Assembly: GCA_951406725.2 (NCBI GenBank)
Contig: OX597824.1
Location: 29,450,001-29,514,000 of the forward strand
Length of the DNA stretch: 64,000 nucleotides
DNA from: Octopus vulgaris
Lineage: Eukaryota
Reading direction: 5' to 3'
The notes under the pieces were generated by a model, which ran no database searches, was not told the origin of the DNA, and saw only the letters and a program-made list of their open reading frames with translations. Made by a program: the position numbers and the translations under genes. Each line of letters begins with the position of its first letter. Within the stretch, counting starts at the first letter, position 1. Positions 46,733-58,032 of this stretch are shown here, one piece after another.

Positions 46733-46893
46733 GAGGCATGGCTTTGTTGTACGAACTTTGCTTCCCAACCATATGGCTCTGGGTTCAGTCCAACAGTGTG
46801 GCACCTTCGGCAAGTGTCTTCAACTATAGCTTCGGGACGAGTACACCCTTCTGAGTGGACATGGTACACGGAAACTGAAAGAAGTCCATCGTA
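46733..46893 (+). mobile_element. CORE-like SINE 5' half
   Basis: …GGGTTCAGTCC…GGCACCTTCGGCAAGTGTCTTC…GGAAACTGAAAGAAG. Confidence 0.75.
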
Positions 46894-46899
46894 TATATA

Positions 46900-47380
46900 T
46901 CTTTATATATATAAAACTGAGAATGTGTGTCTGCCTGTCTGTCTGTCTGTGTGGTTCCCTAAAACTTGAGAACTACACAACCAATTTCATTCAAATTTTA
47001 CACATGCCTTACTTAGGGTCCATGTAGTTTCATGGGCAAAAAAAATGTTCAACTTCTTGCCTAGAGCGAGCCCATAGCAATATCATATCTTCTCCACTAT
47101 TTCAGTATTACGTGTTAAAAGTGAAACAAAAACATTTCTCTATTTTATGTCAGATACTTTCACTTTAACAATAAAAATAATAATAACAATTGAATTATAT
47201 GTAGTAAGTAATAATTAAAATCAAACTAAAGTATATTATCGTAACATAACAAAAGTAAAAATATAGCAATTGGTATAAAATTGCATCAATGACTTGAACT
47301 TGAATCAGTGGTTTCACATGAATGGGAATAAATAAAAAATAAAATTTAAGTGCAGAAATGGAATAGTCCAGATGGAGGTG
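46900..47380 (+). mobile_element. Non-autonomous Helitron 5' portion (candidate 3' end at 58958-58987)
   Basis: A|TCTTTATATATATAAAA start, (TGTC)n, CCAATTTCATTCAAATTTT motif similar to the other Helitrons here. Confidence 0.6.
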
Positions 47381-47429
47381 TGCACGGCTTTTACATTAGA
47401 TTATTTGCTAATTAGCTAGCATTAAGCAT

Positions 47430-47445
47430 TCTACTGAGTACCGCT
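47430..47445 (+). repeat. 16-bp target-site direct repeat TCTACTGAGTACCGCT, copy 1 of 3
   Basis: Identical copies at 47430-47445, 52706-52721 and 57982-57997 (period 5276 bp). Confidence 0.95.
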
Positions 47446-47629
47446 TCTGTTAATTGCGTTATTTTTCTGTTTGCGTTGTGAGAAAATTGCTGCCTCCATT
47501 TAAGAGAGTCGAAGTTGTGAATTTATTGTTTGTACCAACTGCTTTGAACAGTGCCCGTTGTGAAACGGTGATTTTCGCCCTACGGGGCAGAAAATTTTGT
47601 ATTATTTGAAATTTGCTACCTTTGAGGTG

Positions 47630-49054
47630 ATGGAGTTCGACTTAACGTCGAAGGACGATTTTCCCGTGATGGGAAAAGGTGAAACCATGGAAAACCCAGT
47701 AACCAAACAGTCATTCTCGGCCGCGGTGGGCGGCGCTATGATAGAGGTCGAATTCAAGATCGAACAGCTGTATGAATACAGGAATCTTGTAAAGGTGGAA
47801 GGAGGAGAGATAAGGCTGGTACCGCCGCAAGCGAAAGTGCAAGAAATCAAGGAAAGGATTGTAACTTATAAAGTGTATAGCTTTAAGGAAAAAAAGATTA
47901 TGGACGCGAAAAACGAAATTGTTGAGAAGTGCCTGTCCCCGGTGTGGGACAGAATTCGTCACATCGCGAGAGGCGCACGTAGTGCTACGGTAGAGGTGCA
48001 CTTCGACACGGCAGAAGTGGCGAAGGAGGTGTCGTCGTTAACCTTAAAAAGCGACGACATCATGTTGTTACCCTCGTATATGGGGAAACGAACTGCAAAG
48101 TTAGTGGTAGATGACATACCCAGAGGGTACGACATCATGTGGGTGGCAGCGGCGGTACTACACAACATGGAGCGGGAAATTTCAATTCTGCAAATGAGAA
48201 GGAAGGAAGTGGTACGCTGGAAGGGTCAGACCTTGGAACTCCTCGTACAGGCAGAGAACAAGATCTTGGAGAGCCTGCCTGACAGAATTTTTAATGAGGA
48301 CGGCACGTCCATGAGAGTGTCGGTGGAGGGACGTAGACCCAGATGCTTCAAGTGTGGAGAGAAGGGTCACGTCCGGTCCAACTGCATTAAGAAAAAAAGA
48401 ACAGAAGAAACGCCTCCTCAAAGTGTACCTGTCACTGAAGGGGAGGAAACAAGCAAGAACAACCAAATGAAGAAGACAAGTACGGAAACGAAAACGGATT
48501 CAAAAGAACCAATGGACTACACACAAGTCACACACAAAAGAAAAAAAGAGAACACCCAGGACTCCCCTCCCCAAACAAGGAAAAAAACAACAAACACAGC
48601 AGACACACACATTAAACAAATCCCCCAACCCTACCCCCATGGCACTGTTTTCATTGGAAAACAGTTTGCCAAACCCCTCCCCATAAAACAAGACATCAAA
48701 AAGTGCATATCGAAAAACGAAAGAATTATAGCCTTTGATGAAAAAAATGAAAAAGTTTACAAATGCTGCAAACTCGCGAGATTTCCACTGTATAGTAGAA
48801 CCTCAGATGGGAAGGCGACCGCTCGTTTCGCGAAGGTAGGGGAGAACGAGTGGAAGGAGGAGGTTCTTCAGGAACACCTGAGGAACCGTCTTATTAGAGA
48901 TGTAACCAAGGAGGTAATGGAGGGTAAACTGGCAATAACCCCGGCAACCACACCCACCCAGAGCCCAGTGGCAACGCCGGTCAAGAACCCTGCAGCAACG
49001 GAAGAAAGGGAAGCAGGCAGATTGAAACTGTCATGCTCCCTCTCGCAACCGTGA
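47630..49054 (+). CDS. ORF1 gag-like RNA-binding protein with zinc knuckle, intact in copy 1
   Basis: CFKCGEKGHVRSNC (CX2CX4HX4C) and N-terminal SFSAAV motif; first ATG at 47630, best Kozak context AACCATGG at 47687. Confidence 0.88.
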   Translation: MEFDLTSKDDFPVMGKGETMENPVTKQSFSAAVGGAMIEVEFKIEQLYEYRNLVKVEGGEIRLVPPQAKVQEIKERIVTYKVYSFKEKKIMDAKNEIVEKCLSPVWDRIRHIARGARSATVEVHFDTAEVAKEVSSLTLKSDDIMLLPSYMGKRTAKLVVDDIPRGYDIMWVAAAVLHNMEREISILQMRRKEVVRWKGQTLELLVQAENKILESLPDRIFNEDGTSMRVSVEGRRPRCFKCGEKGHVRSNCIKKKRTEETPPQSVPVTEGEETSKNNQMKKTSTETKTDSKEPMDYTQVTHKRKKENTQDSPPQTRKKTTNTADTHIKQIPQPYPHGTVFIGKQFAKPLPIKQDIKKCISKNERIIAFDEKNEKVYKCCKLARFPLYSRTSDGKATARFAKVGENEWKEEVLQEHLRNRLIRDVTKEVMEGKLAITPATTPTQSPVATPVKNPAATEEREAGRLKLSCSLSQP

Positions 49055-49082
49055 GTATATACATTTCCTTCTCTCACCCACA

Positions 49083-52000
49083 ATGGCTAAGCTGGGCTGT
49101 ATAAATGTACGTGGAATGGGGTCGAAACGGAAACAAATTTGTTTCCTGAACGACCTCACGACACACAGTGTAGATATTGCTATTGCAACCGAGTCCAAGA
49201 TGAGCGAGACCCAAGCGTTCTCGCCTCTTCTAAATGGTTTCGAGAAATTTATTTCTCCTAGCCGAGGAAGAGGCAGAGGCGTGGCAGTCTTCATCAGGAA
49301 GAGCTTGGACTTGCAGGTAAGTACTGTCTTTCTGGACCCAGAAGGCAGGCTGGTTGTCCTGGATGTGACTCACGTAAGTAAACAGTCCTTCAGGTTGGTA
49401 GCTGTCTACGCCCCGAACGAGGGTAGACAGACGGGTTTTTTCCGGAACCTGGAGCCCTTTTTAGCGACGTCGAAAACAGTAATCCTAGTAGGGGACTTTA
49501 ACACTGTCCTTGAAGCGCACATCGACAGTGTTGGCTCAACCAATAGGAAGGGGAACCCTAGCCTCAAGGGTCTACTAGAGAGCTTTGATCTAGTGGACCG
49601 TTACCGACTGGATGAGCCGAGCGTTCCACAGTGGACGTGGAGTAACAACGACGGCTCACACAGATCGTATCTAGATAGGATATTTATTAAGAAAAGAGAT
49701 AAGGATACGTTTAGTTGTCCACAATTTCATATTGTACCTTACTCGGATCACAAATTTGTGACGTGTGAGGTGCAATTAGACAAGTGTCATAGACAGGGAC
49801 CCGGGTACTGGAAGCTGAACAAGGCTATTTTGAATTGTGAAGACTTCCGTACCCGGATTAAGGTGTTAGTTCAGAGGGCATTGTGTGGCACCATCATTAA
49901 CAATAGATGGTGGCACGCCCTCAAAAGAGCCATTCGTTTAGAGTCCGTCAGATTTAGCAATCAGCTAAGGATAGATAGGGCTAGTCTAGAGGGCGATTTA
50001 GTCAAGAATCTAGACGAGGCAATGGAAGCTGGCTCTGCATCCGGAGTGTTGGCGGCAAGGACGGTATTGTACCGTCACCTTAACTCCAAGTACGAAGGTT
50101 GCAGAGTCAGAGCTAAGCTGCGTGCTGGGAAACGAGAAGGTATTAACGTGGCCGGATGGGCCCGTCGTGTGGAGAGTAAGAGAGGCAATAGAGCCTCAAT
50201 TAAATCTTTGACTGACGAACAGGGACAAAAGATCTATGGACAGGAGGAGATGCAAAAGTTTCTTCACCAGCATTTCGCTCGCGTGTTCGGGGGTGGTGGT
50301 TCGCTGGATCGGGGGAGGGCCTTAAAGGACTTCCTGGCCGGCGGACCGCGGCTCGCGGGGCGTGAAGTGGAGTGCTGTGAGGGAGCGATCACTCCCGCGG
50401 AGATAAAGGAGATACTGGCCGGATGCGCCGGGGAGAAGTCGCCGGGGTTGGATGGTCTGCCCTATGAGTTTTACCAAAGTATGCCGGACTTGTTCGGGGG
50501 AATACTGGCAGGCGTCTACACGAACTGGCAGCAGAATGGGAGAATCCCCAGTTCTGTAAGCCGGGGAGTGGTGACGCTAATCCAGAAAGACCCGAGCAAG
50601 GGGGATAATATTAGTAACTACAGGCCCATAACTCTACTTAATGTAGAGTTAAAGATTCTGGCCAAGGTGTTAGCAAAAAGGTTGACGGTTGTCGTGGAGA
50701 AACTTGTAGGGAGAGCACAGACATGTGCAATTCCAGGCAGGTCGATCCAGGACAATCTTCACCTTATACGCTACACCTTAGATAGGGTGGGTAAATTAGC
50801 CGGCAAAGGTGGGGTAATGGTCCATTTAGACCAAAGTAAAGCCTTCGATAGGGTAGACCATGGGTACCTGGCGACGGTCCTCGAAGCGACTGGGCTGGGC
50901 CCTGAATTTCGCGGGTGGATCTCCGCTATGTATAGCGGCATCAAGTCCACCGTCCAGATAAACGGTTACCTAACGGAACCGTTTTCGATCAAGTGTTCAG
51001 TGCGTCAGGGTGCCCCTTGTCACCACTTTTGTACGTATTGGCTCTTGAGCCACTGCTGCGAAAGTTGGAGAGGCTGGGGAGTAACTCGGATGAAATCGGA
51101 GGTGGGAGGACGGTGACTGCTTACGCGGATGACGTCACCCTCATCGTGTCCAAAGAGGCCCAACTACCTTGTGTGGAGGAGGTTATCAGAGGATACGAGG
51201 CGGTGGCAGGAGCAAAGGTTAACAAGGACAAATCGGTTGGCTTGCGCCTCGGCACCTGGAGGAGCAAGCCGATATCGTCCAGTGTCGTGGGACACTGGAC
51301 GGATGGCCCTGTTAAGTTGCTGGGAGTTTGGTTTGGACCAGACTCCCAAACGGAGAAGAACTGGAGCGAGGTGACGAGCAGGGTGGAGGCCATAGTACGG
51401 ACCTGGTCCGGAAGGTCTCTGTCCCTGAAAGGAAGGGCGGAGGTGGTGCAGATGTTTATTGCATCTGTAATCACCTACCGCCTGACCGTTGTCCCTTGCC
51501 CCGATTCATGGCTTAACAAGTTGGAACGAATCCTTTTCCGCTTTTTGTGGAAAGGAGGAAAGCCACTTGTGAGACGATCCGTTTGCTGCCAAGAACCGTT
51601 AAAGGGCGGGTTAGGGATGCCTTGGTTGATGATGCGCAGACATGCGTTGAGGCTAAGGCACCTCTGGCACCACCTGGAGGGTGATAAGGTGTGGAGTCCG
51701 CTGGCAGAGGGATTTTTCCCGAGACCGGCCTCCTTAGTTAATTTTAAACCCGGTTACATCAAAAGATGGAAACTGACTCCATGGCAAAAAGAGTGCCGAC
51801 AGGCACTCACGCTGATCCACAAGACGGGTAAGGCCGGCTGCGGAAATACCACCTCGGTATTTTATAGAGGGCTGGTGGAGGTAAAAAATGACGACGTCCT
51901 AGGAGGGGCTCTGGGGTTTGATGAAGACCAGCTCGCCAACCTGTTTAAAAAAACTTTCAGGTCGGGGTATTTGGATAATTTCCAAAGATCCCTGGCCTGG

Positions 52001-52471
52001 CAGTGCTACAGGAATGCTTTACCTGTTCGCGAGAAGTTATCGCGGCACGGAGTTCAAGTGCCACCGACGTGTCCAAGGTGCGGGTTGGACGATGAAACCG
52101 TCCAGCACGCCTTTGTTCACTGTCGGAAGTTGTCCGACTTGATAAGTTACGCAGAACACGTGTTGTCCCATCTGGGACGAGTACAGCTGTCGGCTGAGTC
52201 TATGATTAAGATGATACCGCCAACTGGACTCTCGAAGGAAGGTGAGGCATGTTTCCACTGCACGGTGGCAGTGGTAAAGGAATGCATGTGGAGAACGAGA
52301 ATGGAAGGAGCCGCGATAGGGTCCTTCATCTCCGGACCCGGCTTGCTCACTTACTTCAGATATCATCTGAAGAGCAAAATGGGGCTGGAGAAGAGGACCC
52401 TGCCGCGGGGTGTGTACGAGAAAAGATGGAAGGAAGTAGAAAGAAAGGTGGGTGTGAGAAACCCAGCTTGA
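49083..52471 (+). pseudogene. ORF2 (endonuclease-RT) of copy 1, split by a -1 frameshift at 51008-51010
   Basis: Same protein as copy 2 ORF2 except GGG instead of GGGG in the RQGCPLSP codons; may be a sequencing error. Confidence 0.85.
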
Positions 52472-52905
52472 TCATGGAGGAGAGAGAGGAAGTGGAAGCT
52501 GCAGGGCCTCACAAATTGCCGGGGTGTAAAAACGCCAGTGAGACGACAAGGTTACCTACTGTTGTTTGCTATACTAGTTAAGCAAAGGTTAATATTTTTA
52601 TAACGAATTTAAACAATTTTTAAACGATTCTCTTAAATGTTTTTGTATGTATGTCCTGTATTTGTAATTCTGTGTACCGATTTTTATAATCGTAATAAAG
52701 AAATATCTACTGAGTACCGCTTCTGTTAATTGCGTTATTTTTCTGTTTGCGTTGTGAGAAAATTGCTGCCTCCATTTAAGAGAGTCGAAGTTGTGAATTT
52801 ATTGTTTGTACCAACTGCTTTGAACAGTGCCCGTTGTGAAACGGTGATTTTCGCCCTACGGGGCAGAAAATTTTGTATTATTTGAAATTTGCTACCTTTG
52901 AGGTG

Positions 52906-54329
52906 ATGGAGTTCGACTTAACGTCGAAGGACGATTTTCCCGTGATGGGAAAAGGTGAAACCATGGAAAACCCAGTAACCAAACAGTCATTCTCGGCCGC
53001 GGTGGGCGGCGCTATGATAGAGGTCGAATTCAAGATCGAACAGCTGTATGAATACAGGAATCTTGTAAAGGTGGAAGGAGGAGAGATAAGGCTGGTACCG
53101 CCGCAAGCGAAAGTGCAAGAAATCAAGGAAAGGATTGTAACTTATAAAGTGTATAGCTTTAAGGAAAAAAAGATTATGGACGCGAAAAACGAAATTGTTG
53201 AGAAGTGCCTGTCCCCGGTGTGGGACAGAATTCGTCACATCGCGAGAGGCGCACGTAGTGCTACGGTAGAGGTGCACTTCGACACGGCAGAAGTGGCGAA
53301 GGAGGTGTCGTCGTTAACCTTAAAAAGCGACGACATCATGTTGTTACCCTCGTATATGGGGAAACGAACTGCAAAGTTAGTGGTAGATGACATACCCAGA
53401 GGGTACGACATCATGTGGGTGGCAGCGGCGGTACTACACAACATGGAGCGGGAAATTTCAATTCTGCAAATGAGAAGGAAGGAAGTGGTACGCTGGAAGG
53501 GTCAGACCTTGGAACTCCTCGTACAGGCAGAGAACAAGATCTTGGAGAGCCTGCCTGACAGAATTTTTAATGAGGACGGCACGTCCATGAGAGTGTCGGT
53601 GGAGGGACGTAGACCCAGATGCTTCAAGTGTGGAGAGAAGGGTCACGTCCGGTCCAACTGCATTAAGAAAAAAGAACAGAAGAAACGCCTCCTCAAAGTG
53701 TACCTGTCACTGAAGGGGAGGAAACAAGCAAGAACAACCAAATGAAGAAGACAAGTACGGAAACGAAAACGGATTCAAAAGAACCAATGGACTACACACA
53801 AGTCACACACAAAAGAAAAAAAGAGAACACCCAGGACTCCCCTCCCCAAACAAGGAAAAAAACAACAAACACAGCAGACACACACATTAAACAAATCCCC
53901 CAACCCTACCCCCATGGCACTGTTTTCATTGGAAAACAGTTTGCCAAACCCCTCCCCATAAAACAAGACATCAAAAAGTGCATATCGAAAAACGAAAGAA
54001 TTATAGCCTTTGATGAAAAAAATGAAAAAGTTTACAAATGCTGCAAACTCGCGAGATTTCCACTGTATAGTAGAACCTCAGATGGGAAGGCGACCGCTCG
54101 TTTCGCGAAGGTAGGGGAGAACGAGTGGAAGGAGGAGGTTCTTCAGGAACACCTGAGGAACCGTCTTATTAGAGATGTAACCAAGGAGGTAATGGAGGGT
54201 AAACTGGCAATAACCCCGGCAACCACACCCACCCAGAGCCCAGTGGCAACGCCGGTCAAGAACCCTGCAGCAACGGAAGAAAGGGAAGCAGGCAGATTGA
54301 AACTGTCATGCTCCCTCTCGCAACCGTGA
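52906..54329 (+). pseudogene. ORF1 of copy 2, split by a -1 frameshift in an A run at 53668-53673
   Basis: A6 versus A7 in copy 1 just after the zinc knuckle; may be a sequencing error. Confidence 0.82.
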
Positions 54330-54357
54330 GTATATACATTTCCTTCTCTCACCCACA

Positions 54358-57300
54358 ATGGCTAAGCTGGGCTGTATAAATGTACGTGGAATGGGGTCGA
54401 AACGGAAACAAATTTGTTTCCTGAACGACCTCACGACACACAGTGTAGATATTGCTATTGCAACCGAGTCCAAGATGAGCGAGACCCAAGCGTTCTCGCC
54501 TCTTCTAAATGGTTTCGAGAAATTTATTTCTCCTAGCCGAGGAAGAGGCAGAGGCGTGGCAGTCTTCATCAGGAAGAGCTTGGACTTGCAGGTAAGTACT
54601 GTCTTTCTGGACCCAGAAGGCAGGCTGGTTGTCCTGGATGTGACTCACGTAAGTAAACAGTCCTTCAGGTTGGTAGCTGTCTACGCCCCGAACGAGGGTA
54701 GACAGACGGGTTTTTTCCGGAACCTGGAGCCCTTTTTAGCGACGTCGAAAACAGTAATCCTAGTAGGGGACTTTAACACTGTCCTTGAAGCGCACATCGA
54801 CAGTGTTGGCTCAACCAATAGGAAGGGGAACCCTAGCCTCAAGGGTCTACTAGAGAGCTTTGATCTAGTGGACCGTTACCGACTGGATGAGCCGAGCGTT
54901 CCACAGTGGACGTGGAGTAACAACGACGGCTCACACAGATCGTATCTAGATAGGATATTTATTAAGAAAAGAGATAAGGATACGTTTAGTTGTCCACAAT
55001 TTCATATTGTACCTTACTCGGATCACAAATTTGTGACGTGTGAGGTGCAATTAGACAAGTGTCATAGACAGGGACCCGGGTACTGGAAGCTGAACAAGGC
55101 TATTTTGAATTGTGAAGACTTCCGTACCCGGATTAAGGTGTTAGTTCAGAGGGCATTGTGTGGCACCATCATTAACAATAGATGGTGGCACGCCCTCAAA
55201 AGAGCCATTCGTTTAGAGTCCGTCAGATTTAGCAATCAGCTAAGGATAGATAGGGCTAGTCTAGAGGGCGATTTAGTCAAGAATCTAGACGAGGCAATGG
55301 AAGCTGGCTCTGCATCCGGAGTGTTGGCGGCAAGGACGGTATTGTACCGTCACCTTAACTCCAAGTACGAAGGTTGCAGAGTCAGAGCTAAGCTGCGTGC
55401 TGGGAAACGAGAAGGTATTAACGTGGCCGGATGGGCCCGTCGTGTGGAGAGTAAGAGAGGCAATAGAGCCTCAATTAAATCTTTGACTGACGAACAGGGA
55501 CAAAAGATCTATGGACAGGAGGAGATGCAAAAGTTTCTTCACCAGCATTTCGCTCGCGTGTTCGGGGGTGGTGGTTCGCTGGATCGGGGGAGGGCCTTAA
55601 AGGACTTCCTGGCCGGCGGACCGCGGCTCGCGGGGCGTGAAGTGGAGTGCTGTGAGGGAGCGATCACTCCCGCGGAGATAAAGGAGATACTGGCCGGATG
55701 CGCCGGGGAGAAGTCGCCGGGGTTGGATGGTCTGCCCTATGAGTTTTACCAAAGTATGCCGGACTTGTTCGGGGGAATACTGGCAGGCGTCTACACGAAC
55801 TGGCAGCAGAATGGGAGAATCCCCAGTTCTGTAAGCCGGGGAGTGGTGACGCTAATCCAGAAAGACCCGAGCAAGGGGGATAATATTAGTAACTACAGGC
55901 CCATAACTCTACTTAATGTAGAGTTAAAGATTCTGGCCAAGGTGTTAGCAAAAAGGTTGACGGTTGTCGTGGAGAAACTTGTAGGGAGAGCACAGACATG
56001 TGCAATTCCAGGCAGGTCGATCCAGGACAATCTTCACCTTATACGCTACACCTTAGATAGGGTGGGTAAATTAGCCGGCAAAGGTGGGGTAATGGTCCAT
56101 TTAGACCAAAGTAAAGCCTTCGATAGGGTAGACCATGGGTACCTGGCGACGGTCCTCGAAGCGACTGGGCTGGGCCCTGAATTTCGCGGGTGGATCTCCG
56201 CTATGTATAGCGGCATCAAGTCCACCGTCCAGATAAACGGTTACCTAACGGAACCGTTTTCGATCAAGTGTTCAGTGCGTCAGGGGTGCCCCTTGTCACC
56301 ACTTTTGTACGTATTGGCTCTTGAGCCACTGCTGCGAAAGTTGGAGAGGCTGGGGAGTAACTCGGATGAAATCGGAGGTGGGAGGACGGTGACTGCTTAC
56401 GCGGATGACGTCACCCTCATCGTGTCCAAAGAGGCCCAACTACCTTGTGTGGAGGAGGTTATCAGAGGATACGAGGCGGTGGCAGGAGCAAAGGTTAACA
56501 AGGACAAATCGGTTGGCTTGCGCCTCGGCACCTGGAGGAGCAAGCCGATATCGTCCAGTGTCGTGGGACACTGGACGGATGGCCCTGTTAAGTTGCTGGG
56601 AGTTTGGTTTGGACCAGACTCCCAAACGGAGAAGAACTGGAGCGAGGTGACGAGCAGGGTGGAGGCCATAGTACGGACCTGGTCCGGAAGGTCTCTGTCC
56701 CTGAAAGGAAGGGCGGAGGTGGTGCAGATGTTTATTGCATCTGTAATCACCTACCGCCTGACCGTTGTCCCTTGCCCCGATTCATGGCTTAACAAGTTGG
56801 AACGAATCCTTTTCCGCTTTTTGTGGAAAGGAGGAAAGCCACTTGTGAGACGATCCGTTTGCTGCCAAGAACCGTTAAAGGGCGGGTTAGGGATGCCTTG
56901 GTTGATGATGCGCAGACATGCGTTGAGGCTAAGGCACCTCTGGCACCACCTGGAGGGTGATAAGGTGTGGAGTCCGCTGGCAGAGGGATTTTTCCCGAGA
57001 CCGGCCTCCTTAGTTAATTTTAAACCCGGTTACATCAAAAGATGGAAACTGACTCCATGGCAAAAAGAGTGCCGACAGGCACTCACGCTGATCCACAAGA
57101 CGGGTAAGGCCGGCTGCGGAAATACCACCTCGGTATTTTATAGAGGGCTGGTGGAGGTAAAAAATGACGACGTCCTAGGAGGGGCTCTGGGGTTTGATGA
57201 AGACCAGCTCGCCAACCTGTTTAAAAAAACTTTCAGGTCGGGGTATTTGGATAATTTCCAAAGATCCCTGGCCTGGCAGTGCTACAGGAATGCTTTACCT

Positions 57301-57747
57301 GTTCGCGAGAAGTTATCGCGGCACGGAGTTCAAGTGCCACCGACGTGTCCAAGGTGCGGGTTGGACGATGAAACCGTCCAGCACGCCTTTGTTCACTGTC
57401 GGAAGTTGTCCGACTTGATAAGTTACGCAGAACACGTGTTGTCCCATCTGGGACGAGTACAGCTGTCGGCTGAGTCTATGATTAAGATGATACCGCCAAC
57501 TGGACTCTCGAAGGAAGGTGAGGCATGTTTCCACTGCACGGTGGCAGTGGTAAAGGAATGCATGTGGAGAACGAGAATGGAAGGAGCCGCGATAGGGTCC
57601 TTCATCTCCGGACCCGGCTTGCTCACTTACTTCAGATATCATCTGAAGAGCAAAATGGGGCTGGAGAAGAGGACCCTGCCGCGGGGTGTGTACGAGAAAA
57701 GATGGAAGGAAGTAGAAAGAAAGGTGGGTGTGAGAAACCCAGCTTGA
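54358..57747 (+). CDS. ORF2: AP endonuclease, reverse transcriptase and C-terminal zinc finger (1129 aa), intact
   Basis: APE motifs INVRG, TES, VYAPN, GDFN, YLDRIF, SDH; RT motifs KSPGLDGL, YRPITLLN, DQSKAFDRV, RQGCPLSP, YADD; CPRC…H…C finger. Confidence 0.96.
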   Translation: MAKLGCINVRGMGSKRKQICFLNDLTTHSVDIAIATESKMSETQAFSPLLNGFEKFISPSRGRGRGVAVFIRKSLDLQVSTVFLDPEGRLVVLDVTHVSKQSFRLVAVYAPNEGRQTGFFRNLEPFLATSKTVILVGDFNTVLEAHIDSVGSTNRKGNPSLKGLLESFDLVDRYRLDEPSVPQWTWSNNDGSHRSYLDRIFIKKRDKDTFSCPQFHIVPYSDHKFVTCEVQLDKCHRQGPGYWKLNKAILNCEDFRTRIKVLVQRALCGTIINNRWWHALKRAIRLESVRFSNQLRIDRASLEGDLVKNLDEAMEAGSASGVLAARTVLYRHLNSKYEGCRVRAKLRAGKREGINVAGWARRVESKRGNRASIKSLTDEQGQKIYGQEEMQKFLHQHFARVFGGGGSLDRGRALKDFLAGGPRLAGREVECCEGAITPAEIKEILAGCAGEKSPGLDGLPYEFYQSMPDLFGGILAGVYTNWQQNGRIPSSVSRGVVTLIQKDPSKGDNISNYRPITLLNVELKILAKVLAKRLTVVVEKLVGRAQTCAIPGRSIQDNLHLIRYTLDRVGKLAGKGGVMVHLDQSKAFDRVDHGYLATVLEATGLGPEFRGWISAMYSGIKSTVQINGYLTEPFSIKCSVRQGCPLSPLLYVLALEPLLRKLERLGSNSDEIGGGRTVTAYADDVTLIVSKEAQLPCVEEVIRGYEAVAGAKVNKDKSVGLRLGTWRSKPISSSVVGHWTDGPVKLLGVWFGPDSQTEKNWSEVTSRVEAIVRTWSGRSLSLKGRAEVVQMFIASVITYRLTVVPCPDSWLNKLERILFRFLWKGGKPLVRRSVCCQEPLKGGLGMPWLMMRRHALRLRHLWHHLEGDKVWSPLAEGFFPRPASLVNFKPGYIKRWKLTPWQKECRQALTLIHKTGKAGCGNTTSVFYRGLVEVKNDDVLGGALGFDEDQLANLFKKTFRSGYLDNFQRSLAWQCYRNALPVREKLSRHGVQVPPTCPRCGLDDETVQHAFVHCRKLSDLISYAEHVLSHLGRVQLSAESMIKMIPPTGLSKEGEACFHCTVAVVKECMWRTRMEGAAIGSFISGPGLLTYFRYHLKSKMGLEKRTLPRGVYEKRWKEVERKVGVRNPA

Positions 57748-58032
57748 TCATGGAGGAGAGAGAGGAAGTGGAAGCTGCAGGGCCTCACAAATTGCCGGGG
57801 TGTAAAAACGCCAGTGAGACGACAAGGTTACCTACTGTTGTTTGCTATACTAGTTAAGCAAAGGTTAATATTTTTATAACGAATTTAAACAATTTTTAAA
57901 CGATTCTCTTAAATGTTTTTGTATGTATGTCCTGTATTTGTAATTCTGTGTACCGATTTTTATAATCGTAATAAAGAAATATCTACTGAGTACCGCTGTT
58001 AGTTTATTTCTGATCCATAAAGGTCTATAGCT

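Larger units (their letters stand above)
47446..52705 (+). mobile_element. Tx1-clade non-LTR retrotransposon, full-length copy 1
   Basis: 5' leader, ORF1, ORF2 (APE-RT-Zn finger), 3' UTR ending TAATAAAGAAATA; bounded by the 16-bp repeats. Confidence 0.93.
52722..57981 (+). mobile_element. Tx1-clade non-LTR retrotransposon, full-length copy 2
   Basis: Near-identical tandem copy of 47446-52705. Confidence 0.93.

Noticed and set aside
47400-47445. Possibility that the Tx1 target is U2, U1, U5, U6, 5S, tRNA or a spliced-leader gene
   Set aside because: The reconstructed empty site shows no similarity I can recognise to these RNAs
47602-57857. Numerous short antisense or alternate-frame ORFs within the Tx1 copies
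   Set aside because: Shadow ORFs of a more GC-rich coding sequence
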